64,000 nucleotides of DNA. Origin: Cenarchaeum sp. (GTDB lineage: Archaea > Thermoproteota > Nitrososphaeria > Nitrososphaerales > Nitrosopumilaceae). Of the stretch, positions 1-8,369 are shown piece after piece (position 1 is the stretch's first letter; the number at the start of each line of letters is the position of its first letter). Made by a program: the position numbers and the translations under genes. The stretch is taken from contig OY843768.1 in the NCBI GenBank assembly GCA_963693095.2, positions 384,001 through 448,000 of the forward strand. The letters are read 5' to 3'. Below the pieces are notes generated by a model, which had not been told where the DNA came from, ran no database searches, and saw only the letters and a program-made list of their open reading frames with translations.

Positions 1-2
1 TC

Positions 3-1490
3 GCCGAGCTCTCAAGACGCCTGGCCGGCGTGACGTACCACGGCGCGCCTGACGCTGATGACGAGGACGCGCAGACGGCCAACGAGCGCGCAGCGAGCGC
101 AATCGACTCAAGGGAGCCGGCCGCACTGGCCACGCTGGGCAAGAGGGGTGACTCTGTACTCTTTTCGCAGCAGGTCCTCATCAGGCTAGACGGAGTCGCA
201 GATGCAGACCACATATTCTACATGGAGCCAGTCCAGGTCGGAGACGCGCTCTACGTGGCCGGCGAGAATCGCGTGCGAGTGACGGCGATACCGACGTGCG
301 ATGCTGCCGGATACGAGGACTTTGACCCCGAGACGGGACCGGACCTGGGAAGCGCAATGACAGAGGATGATGCGGACGACTGCCACGTGCGCGACGGCGG
401 GGACATTGTCATCTGGACGAACCACTTTACGGACGTTGGAGCCATCGTGCCCGATGCCGGCGGTGGAGGGTGCGATGACTGCACGCCGCCTACACTTGGC
501 ATCGACTCGACTGGCCTGAGGCGCGTCAGCAACGGGTTCTCGTACAACGGCGACACAATAGACGCCGAGTACTATTACACGCCAATGCCGCTCATCACAG
601 TCGAGACGGGCATCGAGAACGTCGCTGTCATCAGGGTCTTTGAGGACAGTGGCCCGCAAAACATCAGGCACGTCGGCATTGGCTTTGGCCTCTCGCGCGG
701 GCAGCACTTTGCCGAGTCGCAGGCAGAGATAAGGGTGAGCCTGCCCTTTGACGGCAGTGGCCCGACACCCTCGCTTGATGACCCCGAGAACGCCATAGAT
801 GACGCCTCGCTGCGAGTTGCCTCGGAGATCGGTGAATGCATGGAGGGCTCGGCGGCCAGGTGCCTTGTCGTCACGATACACCACACGTTCCGCGCGCCGC
901 TCAAGTTTGACGTCGTCTCGACGGTGGTCTGGGACGACAGGCGCAACTCGTGGCAGAACTTTTTCAACCACGGCGTGCACGTGGGCGGCGAGTCGCTAAA
1001 CCCGAGCCACGGCATCGAGGTCAACGGCGGCACGCTCACGCTATACCCGCTCATAGCCGGCAAGGTTGACTCTGATGGCGATGGCACGTACGACTATGAC
1101 GGGCGCCACGTGACATACATGCTGGACGCCGAGTTCCGCGTGTACCGCCTCACGCCGGCCGGCACGTACGAGCCGCTGCGCAACCTCGCCTCGCTCCACC
1201 ACGAGATAGACGAGTCAATGTATGACGAGGCCCGCCCCACGCAGCACGGGCCCATCCGCGGGACCGACAGTTTTGATGACCTCATCGCCGAACAGCGCGC
1301 CCTTGCAGCCGAGATACTCGCCTCGATGGGCATCGAGCAGCCCGAGGAGGAGGCCCCTGACGTAACGTCGCACTATTATGCGCCCGAGCAGGAGCGCCTC
1401 GAGATCCTCGGCGATGCGATAGCAGCCGAGATAAACACCGCCGAGCTCGAAAAGCAGACATTGTACCCGCTGATGTACAGGTCAGAGTGA
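3..1490 (+). CDS. C-terminal part of a large secreted/surface protein (5' truncated by the window)
   Basis: Frame is open from the window edge. It is acidic and contains the GGGGCxDCTPPTLG...GFSYNG module typical of large Nitrosopumilaceae exported proteins (recalled). Confidence 0.7.
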   Translation, partial: AELSRRLAGVTYHGAPDADDEDAQTANERAASAIDSREPAALATLGKRGDSVLFSQQVLIRLDGVADADHIFYMEPVQVGDALYVAGENRVRVTAIPTCDAAGYEDFDPETGPDLGSAMTEDDADDCHVRDGGDIVIWTNHFTDVGAIVPDAGGGGCDDCTPPTLGIDSTGLRRVSNGFSYNGDTIDAEYYYTPMPLITVETGIENVAVIRVFEDSGPQNIRHVGIGFGLSRGQHFAESQAEIRVSLPFDGSGPTPSLDDPENAIDDASLRVASEIGECMEGSAARCLVVTIHHTFRAPLKFDVVSTVVWDDRRNSWQNFFNHGVHVGGESLNPSHGIEVNGGTLTLYPLIAGKVDSDGDGTYDYDGRHVTYMLDAEFRVYRLTPAGTYEPLRNLASLHHEIDESMYDEARPTQHGPIRGTDSFDDLIAEQRALAAEILASMGIEQPEEEAPDVTSHYYAPEQERLEILGDAIAAEINTAELEKQTLYPLMYRSE

Positions 1491-1548
1491 TGCGCGCCAC
1501 GCAGGCGCACGCCAAGACTTATTGGGCAAGTCGGGCACCGCGAGGGCC

Positions 1549-2076
1549 ATGCCGCGCACAGCAGTAATCGTCGCCGGCGCCATACCGGTGGCAGTGGCGA
1601 TTCTAATCGCCGTGCCGCTCCTCACACTCGAGCGCGTTCCGGCAACGACGCTACTGCCTAGTGACATGATTGACATTGAGCACACGATGCGCCGCATAGC
1701 CACGGTTCCGGGGGTCATCGAGCGCGAGCGCGCACTAGAGTCGCACGTTCTGAGGATCGACGCGTCTGGCAGCACAAGGCTGCTCGTCGCCACCGCAGAC
1801 GGGACGTCCGAGCGCGGGGACCAGCTTGACGCCGGCACGCTGCAGAGGGCGCGCGCGCTAATAAAGGAGACTGGCTTTATGTCCATAACGCCGTCCTCGT
1901 TTGTCCCCGATAGCCTTCCGGCAGAATACGAGCTCCACACGCTGCGCGTGGAGCTCAACGGGGACGAGCGCACGGTTCGCTGGTCAGAGCACGACTCGCA
2001 AGACCACCTCGTCCCGCCGATCATACTTGCGCTTCGCGAGGAGCTCGGCAAGATTGCCGACATGCTGGAGCCATAG
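1549..2076 (+). CDS. Hypothetical membrane-anchored protein
   Basis: N-terminal hydrophobic helix (AVIVAGAIPVAVAILIAVPLL); ATG at 1549 preferred over the ORF-track start at 1522. Confidence 0.65.
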   Translation: MPRTAVIVAGAIPVAVAILIAVPLLTLERVPATTLLPSDMIDIEHTMRRIATVPGVIERERALESHVLRIDASGSTRLLVATADGTSERGDQLDAGTLQRARALIKETGFMSITPSSFVPDSLPAEYELHTLRVELNGDERTVRWSEHDSQDHLVPPIILALREELGKIADMLEP

Positions 2077-2143
2077 GCCGGTTGCGCCGCCGTGCGCGTG
2101 TGACCCAAAACCGTTAAATCAAGAGCCCGGTGCGCCGTGCCGC

Positions 2144-2266
2144 AGGGGAGTGGTCCAGCCTGGCCAAAGTGGGGCAGTTGAATGCCCCTTGGTGACGCGA
2201 GACTTAAGATCTCAATGGGTGATCTCGTCTCTTAGGAGTTCGTGGGTTCAAATCCCACCTCCCCTA
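2144..2266 (+). tRNA. tRNA-Leu(TAA) with two introns (2170-2194 in the D-arm; 2209-2221 at 37/38)
   Basis: Acceptor AGGGGAG/CTCCCCT, T-arm GTGGG-TTCAAAT-CCCAC and a long variable arm. Anticodon arm is CGAGA-CT-TAA-GA-TCTCG after removing the two BHB-flanked inserts. Confidence 0.88.
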
Positions 2267-2274
2267 TAACAGGG

Positions 2275-2661
2275 CTAGTTTGGGCGCTTTATGCCCTTGG
2301 AGCCGAGCATGTCATACACGTCAGGCATTGAAAACACAAATCCCACATGGACGCAGTCGGTGCTCTCGCACTGCTGGCAGGCAAGCTCGCCGTCGCGTAT
2401 GGCCACCTCGACTATGCGGTTGTTGACGTTGTCGCGCAGTATCACGCAGTCAGCCTCCACTGATATGCTCTTTATCCTAGGCGCGTGCCTCGCAAAGGTC
2501 TCGTCCTTTAGCATCTGCTCCTCGAGCATGTACGAGACATAGCCAGAAAAGCTCTTTACGCCCCTGCGGCTGAGATCCTCCTTGCTCTTTGTGTATGCCT
2601 CGTGGAATCGCTCATAGGCTGACTCGGAGACCGTTATCGACTTGAACCCTGGCTTTGGCAC
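2275..2661 (-). CDS. Conserved thaumarchaeal hypothetical protein (N-terminal ribbon-helix-helix-like segment, C-terminal Cys/His Zn motif)
   Basis: GTG start giving MPKPGFKSITVSE; C-terminal CQQC..DCVH motif. Confidence 0.7.
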   Translation of the reverse strand: MPKPGFKSITVSESAYERFHEAYTKSKEDLSRRGVKSFSGYVSYMLEEQMLKDETFARHAPRIKSISVEADCVILRDNVNNRIVEVAIRDGELACQQCESTDCVHVGFVFSMPDVYDMLGSKGIKRPN

Positions 2662-2783
2662 CGTACAAACACCTACCGCACCCCCCCCGTACATGACTAT
2701 ATAACTGTTTAGCGATATCCGGCCGCCTGTGCCCCGCGCCACGCCGCCATCGCTTTATACGCCGGCACCACACGGCGATCGCC

Positions 2784-3647
2784 GTGCGCGGATATGACGA
2801 GGCCGAGCTGCGCGGGCGCCTCCTCGGCCTCCTTGGGGGTGGGGAGGCCATGACGGGCTCGGCGATATCCAAATCGCTTGCCGTCAGCCGCATCACGATG
2901 TCAAAGTACCTTGACGCGTTTGCGACTGCCGGAGTCGTGCGCCGGCGGCGCGTGGGCAACGCGACGCTCTGGAGCGTGGGCGACGCCTCGGTGCGCTTTG
3001 AGTTTCCGGCAGACTATGCGCGGGCCGGCTCGGCATACATGGACGGCATCACCGGCCTCGACGGCGCGCGCGCCGGCTCGCTCGTCGAGGCGTGCATTGC
3101 GCACGGCGCGACTCCGGCCGGGATGGTCCGCGAGGTCTTTGCTCCGGCAATAGAGGGCGTGCAGAGGATGTACAGTGACGGCAAGGCCGGCCGCACCGAG
3201 GCAGCCCTCATGCGCAGCGCCATCTCGGCATCGATGGTTCGAATGCGGGGCGATGACTCTGAGGATCCGACAAGGCATGCCGTGATGGTCGCCGACAGCG
3301 CCAATGGCGCACTGCGCGCCGAGGCGGCTGCGGCAGCACTGCGACATATGGGATGGAAGGCCATGTGCGTCGGTGACATATCGTCATCAATTGACGCGCT
3401 CCTTGACACTGACATTGAGCGACTTTTGGTCAGGGCACGCGCGCCGCGCGGCGGGGTGACAGTGACAATTGCGTTCTCCGAGACGGCTGACGGACTCGGG
3501 ACAATCGGCCGCGTCGTTCGCTCGGCGTGCTCTGGGGCCGCGAGGGGAACGCTCCTTGCGCTGTGCGGGCCGGACGGCCACGGCGTCGAGGCCGACGCGT
3601 CAGTCAGGGCTCCCTGGGACGCGGTCCACTGGGCAGCCTCGCTCTAG
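2784..3647 (+). CDS. Winged-HTH transcription regulator with a degenerate B12-binding-like domain
   Basis: N-terminal HTH (MTGSAISKSLAVSRITMSKYLDAF), then a helical cap and a Rossmann-like segment (AALRHMGWKAMCVGD). Confidence 0.7.
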   Translation: MRGYDEAELRGRLLGLLGGGEAMTGSAISKSLAVSRITMSKYLDAFATAGVVRRRRVGNATLWSVGDASVRFEFPADYARAGSAYMDGITGLDGARAGSLVEACIAHGATPAGMVREVFAPAIEGVQRMYSDGKAGRTEAALMRSAISASMVRMRGDDSEDPTRHAVMVADSANGALRAEAAAAALRHMGWKAMCVGDISSSIDALLDTDIERLLVRARAPRGGVTVTIAFSETADGLGTIGRVVRSACSGAARGTLLALCGPDGHGVEADASVRAPWDAVHWAASL

Positions 3648-3652
3648 TTTTG

Positions 3653-3742
3653 TGGGCCGAGTGAGATTCGAACTCACGACCTTTCGATCTCCGAATTCGG
3701 CTTTATCAGTCGAACGCTCCAGCCAAGCTGAGCTACCGGCCC
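3653..3742 (-). tRNA. tRNA-Ile(GAT) with a 15-nt intron at 37/38 (3689-3703)
   Basis: Reverse complement reads GGGCCGGTAGCTCAG...TTCGA-CT-GAT-A[intron]A-TCGAA...GTTCGAATC...TCGGCCCA. Confidence 0.92.
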
Positions 3743-3775
3743 TGAACGCCGGCGCGCAGATGGCATGATTTAAGT

Positions 3776-4330
3776 CTAGTTTTGGCGCCACTTTATCGAG
3801 CAGCCTATTGAGGGCTCAAAGTCGCGCTCTATGGGCCTGCCCTCGAGCATCGCGCCAATGTTGGCGATCATCGTCTTTTCAGTCGCCGTGTCCTCGGGCT
3901 TCATCGCGTTGTCGATTCGGCCGTGAAAGACGAGCCTCATCTGCGAGTCAAAGAGGAACGGGTCTGGCGTGCACGTCGCGCCGTACTTGCGCGCAGTCTC
4001 CTGCGTCTCGTCAACTAGGTAGTCAAAGGCGATTCCGCGCTCGGCGGCCAGGGCGACCATGGCCTCATAGCTGTCATCCGGATATTCAGCAGCATCGTTG
4101 CTGTTTATGCCCACGACGGCGACGCGCTCGCCGTACCTTGCGTGAACCTCCTTTATCGCCTCGACCTTTGCCTTTACGTAGGGGCAGTGGTTGCACATGA
4201 ACACGACTAGGAGGCCGTCGCGCTGGCCATAGTCGGCTAGCGTGTGCGTCTTGCCGTCTGTGCCCTTTAGCGCAAAGTCAGGGGCCGCATCGCCGGCCTT
4301 GAGCGACCTCTGCGACTCTAGGAGAACCAT
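3776..4330 (-). CDS. AhpC/TSA (thioredoxin-fold, peroxiredoxin-like) protein
   Basis: APDFALKG, FMCNHCPYV, TCTPDPFLF and C-terminal GCSIKW motifs. True start is MVLLESQ at 4330. Confidence 0.88.
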   Translation of the reverse strand: MVLLESQRSLKAGDAAPDFALKGTDGKTHTLADYGQRDGLLVVFMCNHCPYVKAKVEAIKEVHARYGERVAVVGINSNDAAEYPDDSYEAMVALAAERGIAFDYLVDETQETARKYGATCTPDPFLFDSQMRLVFHGRIDNAMKPEDTATEKTMIANIGAMLEGRPIERDFEPSIGCSIKWRQN

Positions 4331-4682
4331 GGGACGCTGCGGGCAGGCGTGGCAATAAAACCCTTGGGCTCGTGGGCAGCGCACGGGGCCTGAACCCTGG
4401 GAGCTGCGCGCGTCGGTCATGGGTGGGGGCAGGAGTCCTGGAGCATCTGTCCCGGGCTGCCCGCCTGCCGCGTGCGCAGCCATGACAAAGTCACCGGCGC
4501 AGCCATTCGTGGTGCTGGTCCTTCCATGATCGCAGCATGAACGGCCCTGCCACGGCATGTCGGCGCGTGGCGTGTGCCCATAAATGCGACCGGGGCACAG
4601 GATTAAAGTACAGTACCCCATGGCGCAGGATTGCAAATATGAAACGCGCCATGAACAGTGTCTCCTGTCTGGTGAGATCGCC

Positions 4683-5612
4683 ATGAGGAAAAAGGGCACA
4701 TGTGTCGAGCTGTGCGCCGGTGGTGGCGGATCCTCCATTGGACTGGAACAGGCGGGCTTTGAGCATGTCAGGGTGGTTGAGCGCAATCCGACATACTGTG
4801 AAACCCTCACGCACAACAGGCCAAAATGGGGGGTGGTCTGTGGAGACCTAAAGGACTTTGACGCACATGGGCTCGGCGACATTGATCTGCTCTCTGGCGG
4901 TTTGCCGTGCCCGCCGTTTTCTGTGGCGGGTCGCCAGCTGGGCTCCGAGGACATGAGGGACTGTTTTCCAATGGCACTCAAGATTGTTCGCGCCTTGCGC
5001 CCGCGGGCGATCATGTTTGAGAACGTGCCAGGTTTGCTGCAGCCAAAGTTTGAGCCGTACAGGAGGCAAGTGACGAAACGGCTTGCGCGGTTGGGATACA
5101 AGTCCAATTGGCACCGCGTCGTCTCCTCGGAGCTTGGCGTGCCGCAGTATCGGCCACGAACGCTCCTCATCGCGTTTTTGGGCATCAGTCAAGCAGACTC
5201 TCCGCTGTACAGGCCAAAAGGCAAGAGAACGGTCACCGATTCGATACATGATCTAATGGGACAGAACGGATGGGGCGGCCTGAAAAAATGGGCAAGGCTG
5301 GCCAACAACATTGCGCCAACAATTACGGGTGGTTCAGAAAAGCACGGTGGGCCTGACTTGGGGCCGACTAGGGCCAGAAGGGCATGGTCAGCCATGGGCG
5401 TTGACGGAATGGGGATAGCCAATGAGCCGCCCGCCCGGGACTTTGTGGGCATGCCGCGCCTGACGCTACGCATGGTTGCGCGCCTCCAGGCGTTTCCGGA
5501 CAGCTGGGCGTTCATGGGATCAAAGACTAGGCAGCACAGGCAGATAGGCAATGCGCTTCCGGCACCTGTCGCGAGGGCAGCGGGCAGCTTTATCCGGAGG
5601 CATCTGGGCTAG
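4683..5612 (+). CDS. DNA (cytosine-5)-methyltransferase, NaeI/NgoMIV-like, orphan
   Basis: Motif I (ELCAGGGG), IV (GGLPCPPFS), VI (ENVPG), VIII (PQYRPR) and X (RQIGNA). The TRD APTITGGSEKHGGPDLGPTRARRAW resembles M.NaeI/M.NgoMIV (recalled). Confidence 0.9.
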   Translation: MRKKGTCVELCAGGGGSSIGLEQAGFEHVRVVERNPTYCETLTHNRPKWGVVCGDLKDFDAHGLGDIDLLSGGLPCPPFSVAGRQLGSEDMRDCFPMALKIVRALRPRAIMFENVPGLLQPKFEPYRRQVTKRLARLGYKSNWHRVVSSELGVPQYRPRTLLIAFLGISQADSPLYRPKGKRTVTDSIHDLMGQNGWGGLKKWARLANNIAPTITGGSEKHGGPDLGPTRARRAWSAMGVDGMGIANEPPARDFVGMPRLTLRMVARLQAFPDSWAFMGSKTRQHRQIGNALPAPVARAAGSFIRRHLG

Positions 5613-5811
5613 GTGAGCCTGGAGTGTGATGGTTCATGCCTGGCTCCACGTGTGCCTAGTTGGCCTGGCCCGACTAGTGGGCGCATGGGAGCGGCATCGG
5701 CACTATGTGCGATCATGCCCATGCGGCAGAAATGGCCTGGATACTCTTGGGACCCCGTGCGTGCGACGGCCTGAAAGGCATAATAGCGCCGGTTGCGGGG
5801 CGCCTGCCGTA

Positions 5812-5888
5812 GGGCTGATAGTATAGCCTGGTAGTATACCTGCCTTGCACGCAGGGGGTCGGGGGTTCAAATCCCCCTCAGTCCACCA
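5812..5888 (+). tRNA. tRNA-Ala(TGC), intronless, CCA encoded
   Basis: GGGCTGA/TCAGTCC acceptor, CCTGC-CT-TGC-AC-GCAGG anticodon arm, GGTTCAAATCC T-loop and ACCA end. Confidence 0.95.
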
Positions 5889-5980
5889 TACCCCATCTGG
5901 CATCGCCTAGCGTCGCGTGCGCGCAGACTCGCTGCGATCACACGGTGGACTTAAATAGCCTGCATCTGTCGTCCTGCCGT

Positions 5981-6088
5981 ATGGCAAGCCCAGCAGAAGG
6001 TTGGCCCGTCTGGATCCCCCTCATAGTAGGTTTGGCTCCTGGTCTCGTGTACTGGTTCGTGATAACCGGTATGCGCAGGCGCAGATAG
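5981..6088 (+). CDS. 35-aa single-pass membrane microprotein (absent from the ORF track)
   Basis: MASPAEGWPVWIPLIVGLAPGLVYWFVITGMRRRR*; TATA-like TTAAATA at 5951-5957. Confidence 0.7.
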   Translation: MASPAEGWPVWIPLIVGLAPGLVYWFVITGMRRRR

Positions 6089-6106
6089 CTAGGACAGGGA
6101 GACTAC

Positions 6107-7225
6107 GTGCCCATAGAGTGGAAGATGGCAATTTTGCGCCCAAGAGGAATGCACTCCATCGTGCGTCGAGTGGGGCTCATCGCAGTCGCATTGACAATTC
6201 TCGTATCGGCCGCCGGACTTGCGGATCGTGCCGATGCGCAGAACGTTGACACAGACCCAACGCTTGGGATAGAGCTGACGAGCACGCAGCCGACGCACTA
6301 TGTGGACGCCGAAGGCCACACGGTCATAGTCGGCGAGGTCGCAAACCTAACGGACTTTCCGGTGACTGACGTGCGCGTCTGGGCGGGGTTTTACGCCGAC
6401 GGCACAGCAGCGCCACTAGAGTCGCACATTGGCAGCACGCTGCTTGCCGTGATACCGGCCCACGGAACGTCGCCGTATGTCATACGGTCCCCGTCACCGG
6501 ACCTTGATGTCATCGGCGTATCAGTCAACCTCCTTGGGTTCACGTCATCCTCGGCCAAGCCGCAGAACCTCACAGTCAGCAAGCCTGCCGTCTCGGCGGC
6601 CGGCCTCCTCGGCGTGGACGGCACGATAGAGAACGTCGGCGACGGCCAGTCGGCAAACACCGTCGTCTATGCGCTCGTCTATGACTCTTTTGTGCCCCCG
6701 CGCCTCCTCGGGATCCATGAAAACGAGCCGGCAGGCCTGGCGGCCGGCGGCTCGGCAGACTATAGGTTCTCACTCGAGTATGGCGAGGAGGCCGAGCTCG
6801 TGCGAGTCATTGCCGAGTCGGACAACTATGCGTCAAATGTCGCCGAGTCGCGCGTGACGCGCGTGCCGACATCACCGCTCTCAATCCGCAACATTGCCGT
6901 AGTTGACGCGACTGGCACTCCAGTCTCGGCGCTCCGCGAGGGTGCCGCGTCGTACATTCGGAGCGCAATATCAGGCAGCGGCGCAGAGGGCTCCGAGTAC
7001 GAGTATATCGTGCAGGTGACGCGCTTTGGACACCTGCCAGTAGTAGAGTTTGTCGGCTCGACTAGCAGCGTGATCACGGCAGCCGGCCTCGCGCAGCCGC
7101 TCGTGGAGTGGACGCCGGACTCTGACGGGCTCTTTTACATCGAGACGTACCTGTGGAGCGCCTCGGCGACGCCGCTTGCGATGCCCGGCCCGCTCACGCT
7201 AGTCAACGTAGAGCCGAGACTGTGA
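6107..7225 (+). CDS. Secreted protein with FxLYD-like Ig domains and a C-terminal S-layer-like domain
   Basis: Signal peptide ending ADAQ, two GEVxN/GTIEN...FY(A)D/VYD repeats, and a C-terminal YIVQV...WTPDSDGLFYIETYLW domain. True start is probably slightly downstream. Confidence 0.7.
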   Translation: MPIEWKMAILRPRGMHSIVRRVGLIAVALTILVSAAGLADRADAQNVDTDPTLGIELTSTQPTHYVDAEGHTVIVGEVANLTDFPVTDVRVWAGFYADGTAAPLESHIGSTLLAVIPAHGTSPYVIRSPSPDLDVIGVSVNLLGFTSSSAKPQNLTVSKPAVSAAGLLGVDGTIENVGDGQSANTVVYALVYDSFVPPRLLGIHENEPAGLAAGGSADYRFSLEYGEEAELVRVIAESDNYASNVAESRVTRVPTSPLSIRNIAVVDATGTPVSALREGAASYIRSAISGSGAEGSEYEYIVQVTRFGHLPVVEFVGSTSSVITAAGLAQPLVEWTPDSDGLFYIETYLWSASATPLAMPGPLTLVNVEPRL

Positions 7226-7230
7226 GCGCG

Positions 7231-7695
7231 ATGCCCGAGTTCCGCACAGCCGCCGTGGGGGGGACGTTTGACACGATCCACAAGGGGCACGCCGAGCTCA
7301 TCGCCGCGGCATTTGACGCGGCCGACGAGGTAATCGTGGGCCTGTCGAGTGACGAGTTTGCCACTGCGTGCGGCAAGGCGCCGCGCAACACGTATGGCAC
7401 GCGCCTCGCGGCCGTCTGCGCACACATTGGGGCCAGGTTTGGCGCGCGCCGGCACGAGGTTCGCATGCTCGAGGCCGACTATGGTCCTGCCGCATACGAG
7501 GCCCGCGTTGATGTCCTTGTGGTCAGCGAGGAGACTGCCCACAAGGCAAGGCAGCTAAACGAGGAGCGCAAGGCGATGGGCATTGATCCGGTGGGCGTCA
7601 TTATAGTGCCCATGGCGATGGCCGATGACGGGGAGCGCATCTCGGGCACGAGGATACGCAACGGCGAGATAGACGCCGACGGGCACGTCATCTAA
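7231..7695 (+). CDS. coaD: Phosphopantetheine adenylyltransferase (archaeal type)
   Basis: VGGTFDTIHKGH (HxGH), LVVSEET and RISGTRIR motifs. Confidence 0.88.
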   Translation: MPEFRTAAVGGTFDTIHKGHAELIAAAFDAADEVIVGLSSDEFATACGKAPRNTYGTRLAAVCAHIGARFGARRHEVRMLEADYGPAAYEARVDVLVVSEETAHKARQLNEERKAMGIDPVGVIIVPMAMADDGERISGTRIRNGEIDADGHVI

Positions 7696-7761
7696 ATTGA
7701 CCCGCAGGCGCGTTTGATTCGAGCCCACAGCGTATATCGGCACGCCGCAACGCGCGAATCG

Positions 7762-8091
7762 ATGCCCGTGTTTGACTCGATGCTCCATAGGATAGGCGCT
7801 GACGTGAGGGACCTGCAGGACGGCCTTGACCCGCAGACGCTTGCGTTCTGGTACCACAGGATAATACGTGACGCGCGCGAGATGGCCCCGCCGTGGCTAG
7901 TCGACAAGATAAACGTCAGGCAGGACCCAATCCTCACGATGAAGTTCAGGCTAGACGTGTCGCGCCGCGCGATCCGCCACGTGATGGCGGCCATCGAGGG
8001 AAACCTTGGCGCCATGCCATACTCGACACGGCTCTATTTTTTGAGGGTTCAGGAATCCATCGAGTCCGAGACGGACAGGTCACTCGTCTAG
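7762..8091 (+). CDS. Conserved hypothetical protein
   Basis: Clean ORF with host codon usage; shares a CTAG stop with the convergent gene. Confidence 0.65.
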   Translation: MPVFDSMLHRIGADVRDLQDGLDPQTLAFWYHRIIRDAREMAPPWLVDKINVRQDPILTMKFRLDVSRRAIRHVMAAIEGNLGAMPYSTRLYFLRVQESIESETDRSLV

Positions 8092-8369
8092 CGCTTCTCC
8101 AGCGTGACGTACTCGCCAGACGCACCGGCTGATGCCATCTCGTGGGCACCCTCGTGGATGGACTGGACAAAGTCCGCTAGGGCCGCGGCGTTTTTGGCAT
8201 CGTGCAAGATGACGCTGTGGGCAGACGAGTCGCGCAGGGCCACCACGCACTCTTCGCCGATAACGTCGAGTATCTCGGTGAGCTGCGCAGTCCCGCCGTC
8301 CTCGGCGTACGCGATGCTGGCGAGCTTTTGGGCCTCATACGCGTCACGGCAGCGCACAGTCTCCCTCAA
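8088..8369 (-). CDS. Conserved hypothetical protein, coupled to trpS
   Basis: Start overlaps the trpS stop; 93 aa. Confidence 0.65.
   Translation of the reverse strand: MRETVRCRDAYEAQKLASIAYAEDGGTAQLTEILDVIGEECVVALRDSSAHSVILHDAKNAAALADFVQSIHEGAHEMASAGASGEYVTLEKR

Noticed and set aside
3776-5185. 469-aa ORF suggesting a long N-terminal extension on the AhpC/TSA protein
   Set aside because: The extension is the antisense shadow of the methyltransferase plus intergenic DNA; the real start is at 4330.
4340-5888. tRNA-Ala-targeted integrative element carrying the methyltransferase
   Set aside because: No integrase and no duplicated tRNA end (att site) were seen, and the MTase lies on the 5' side of the tRNA.
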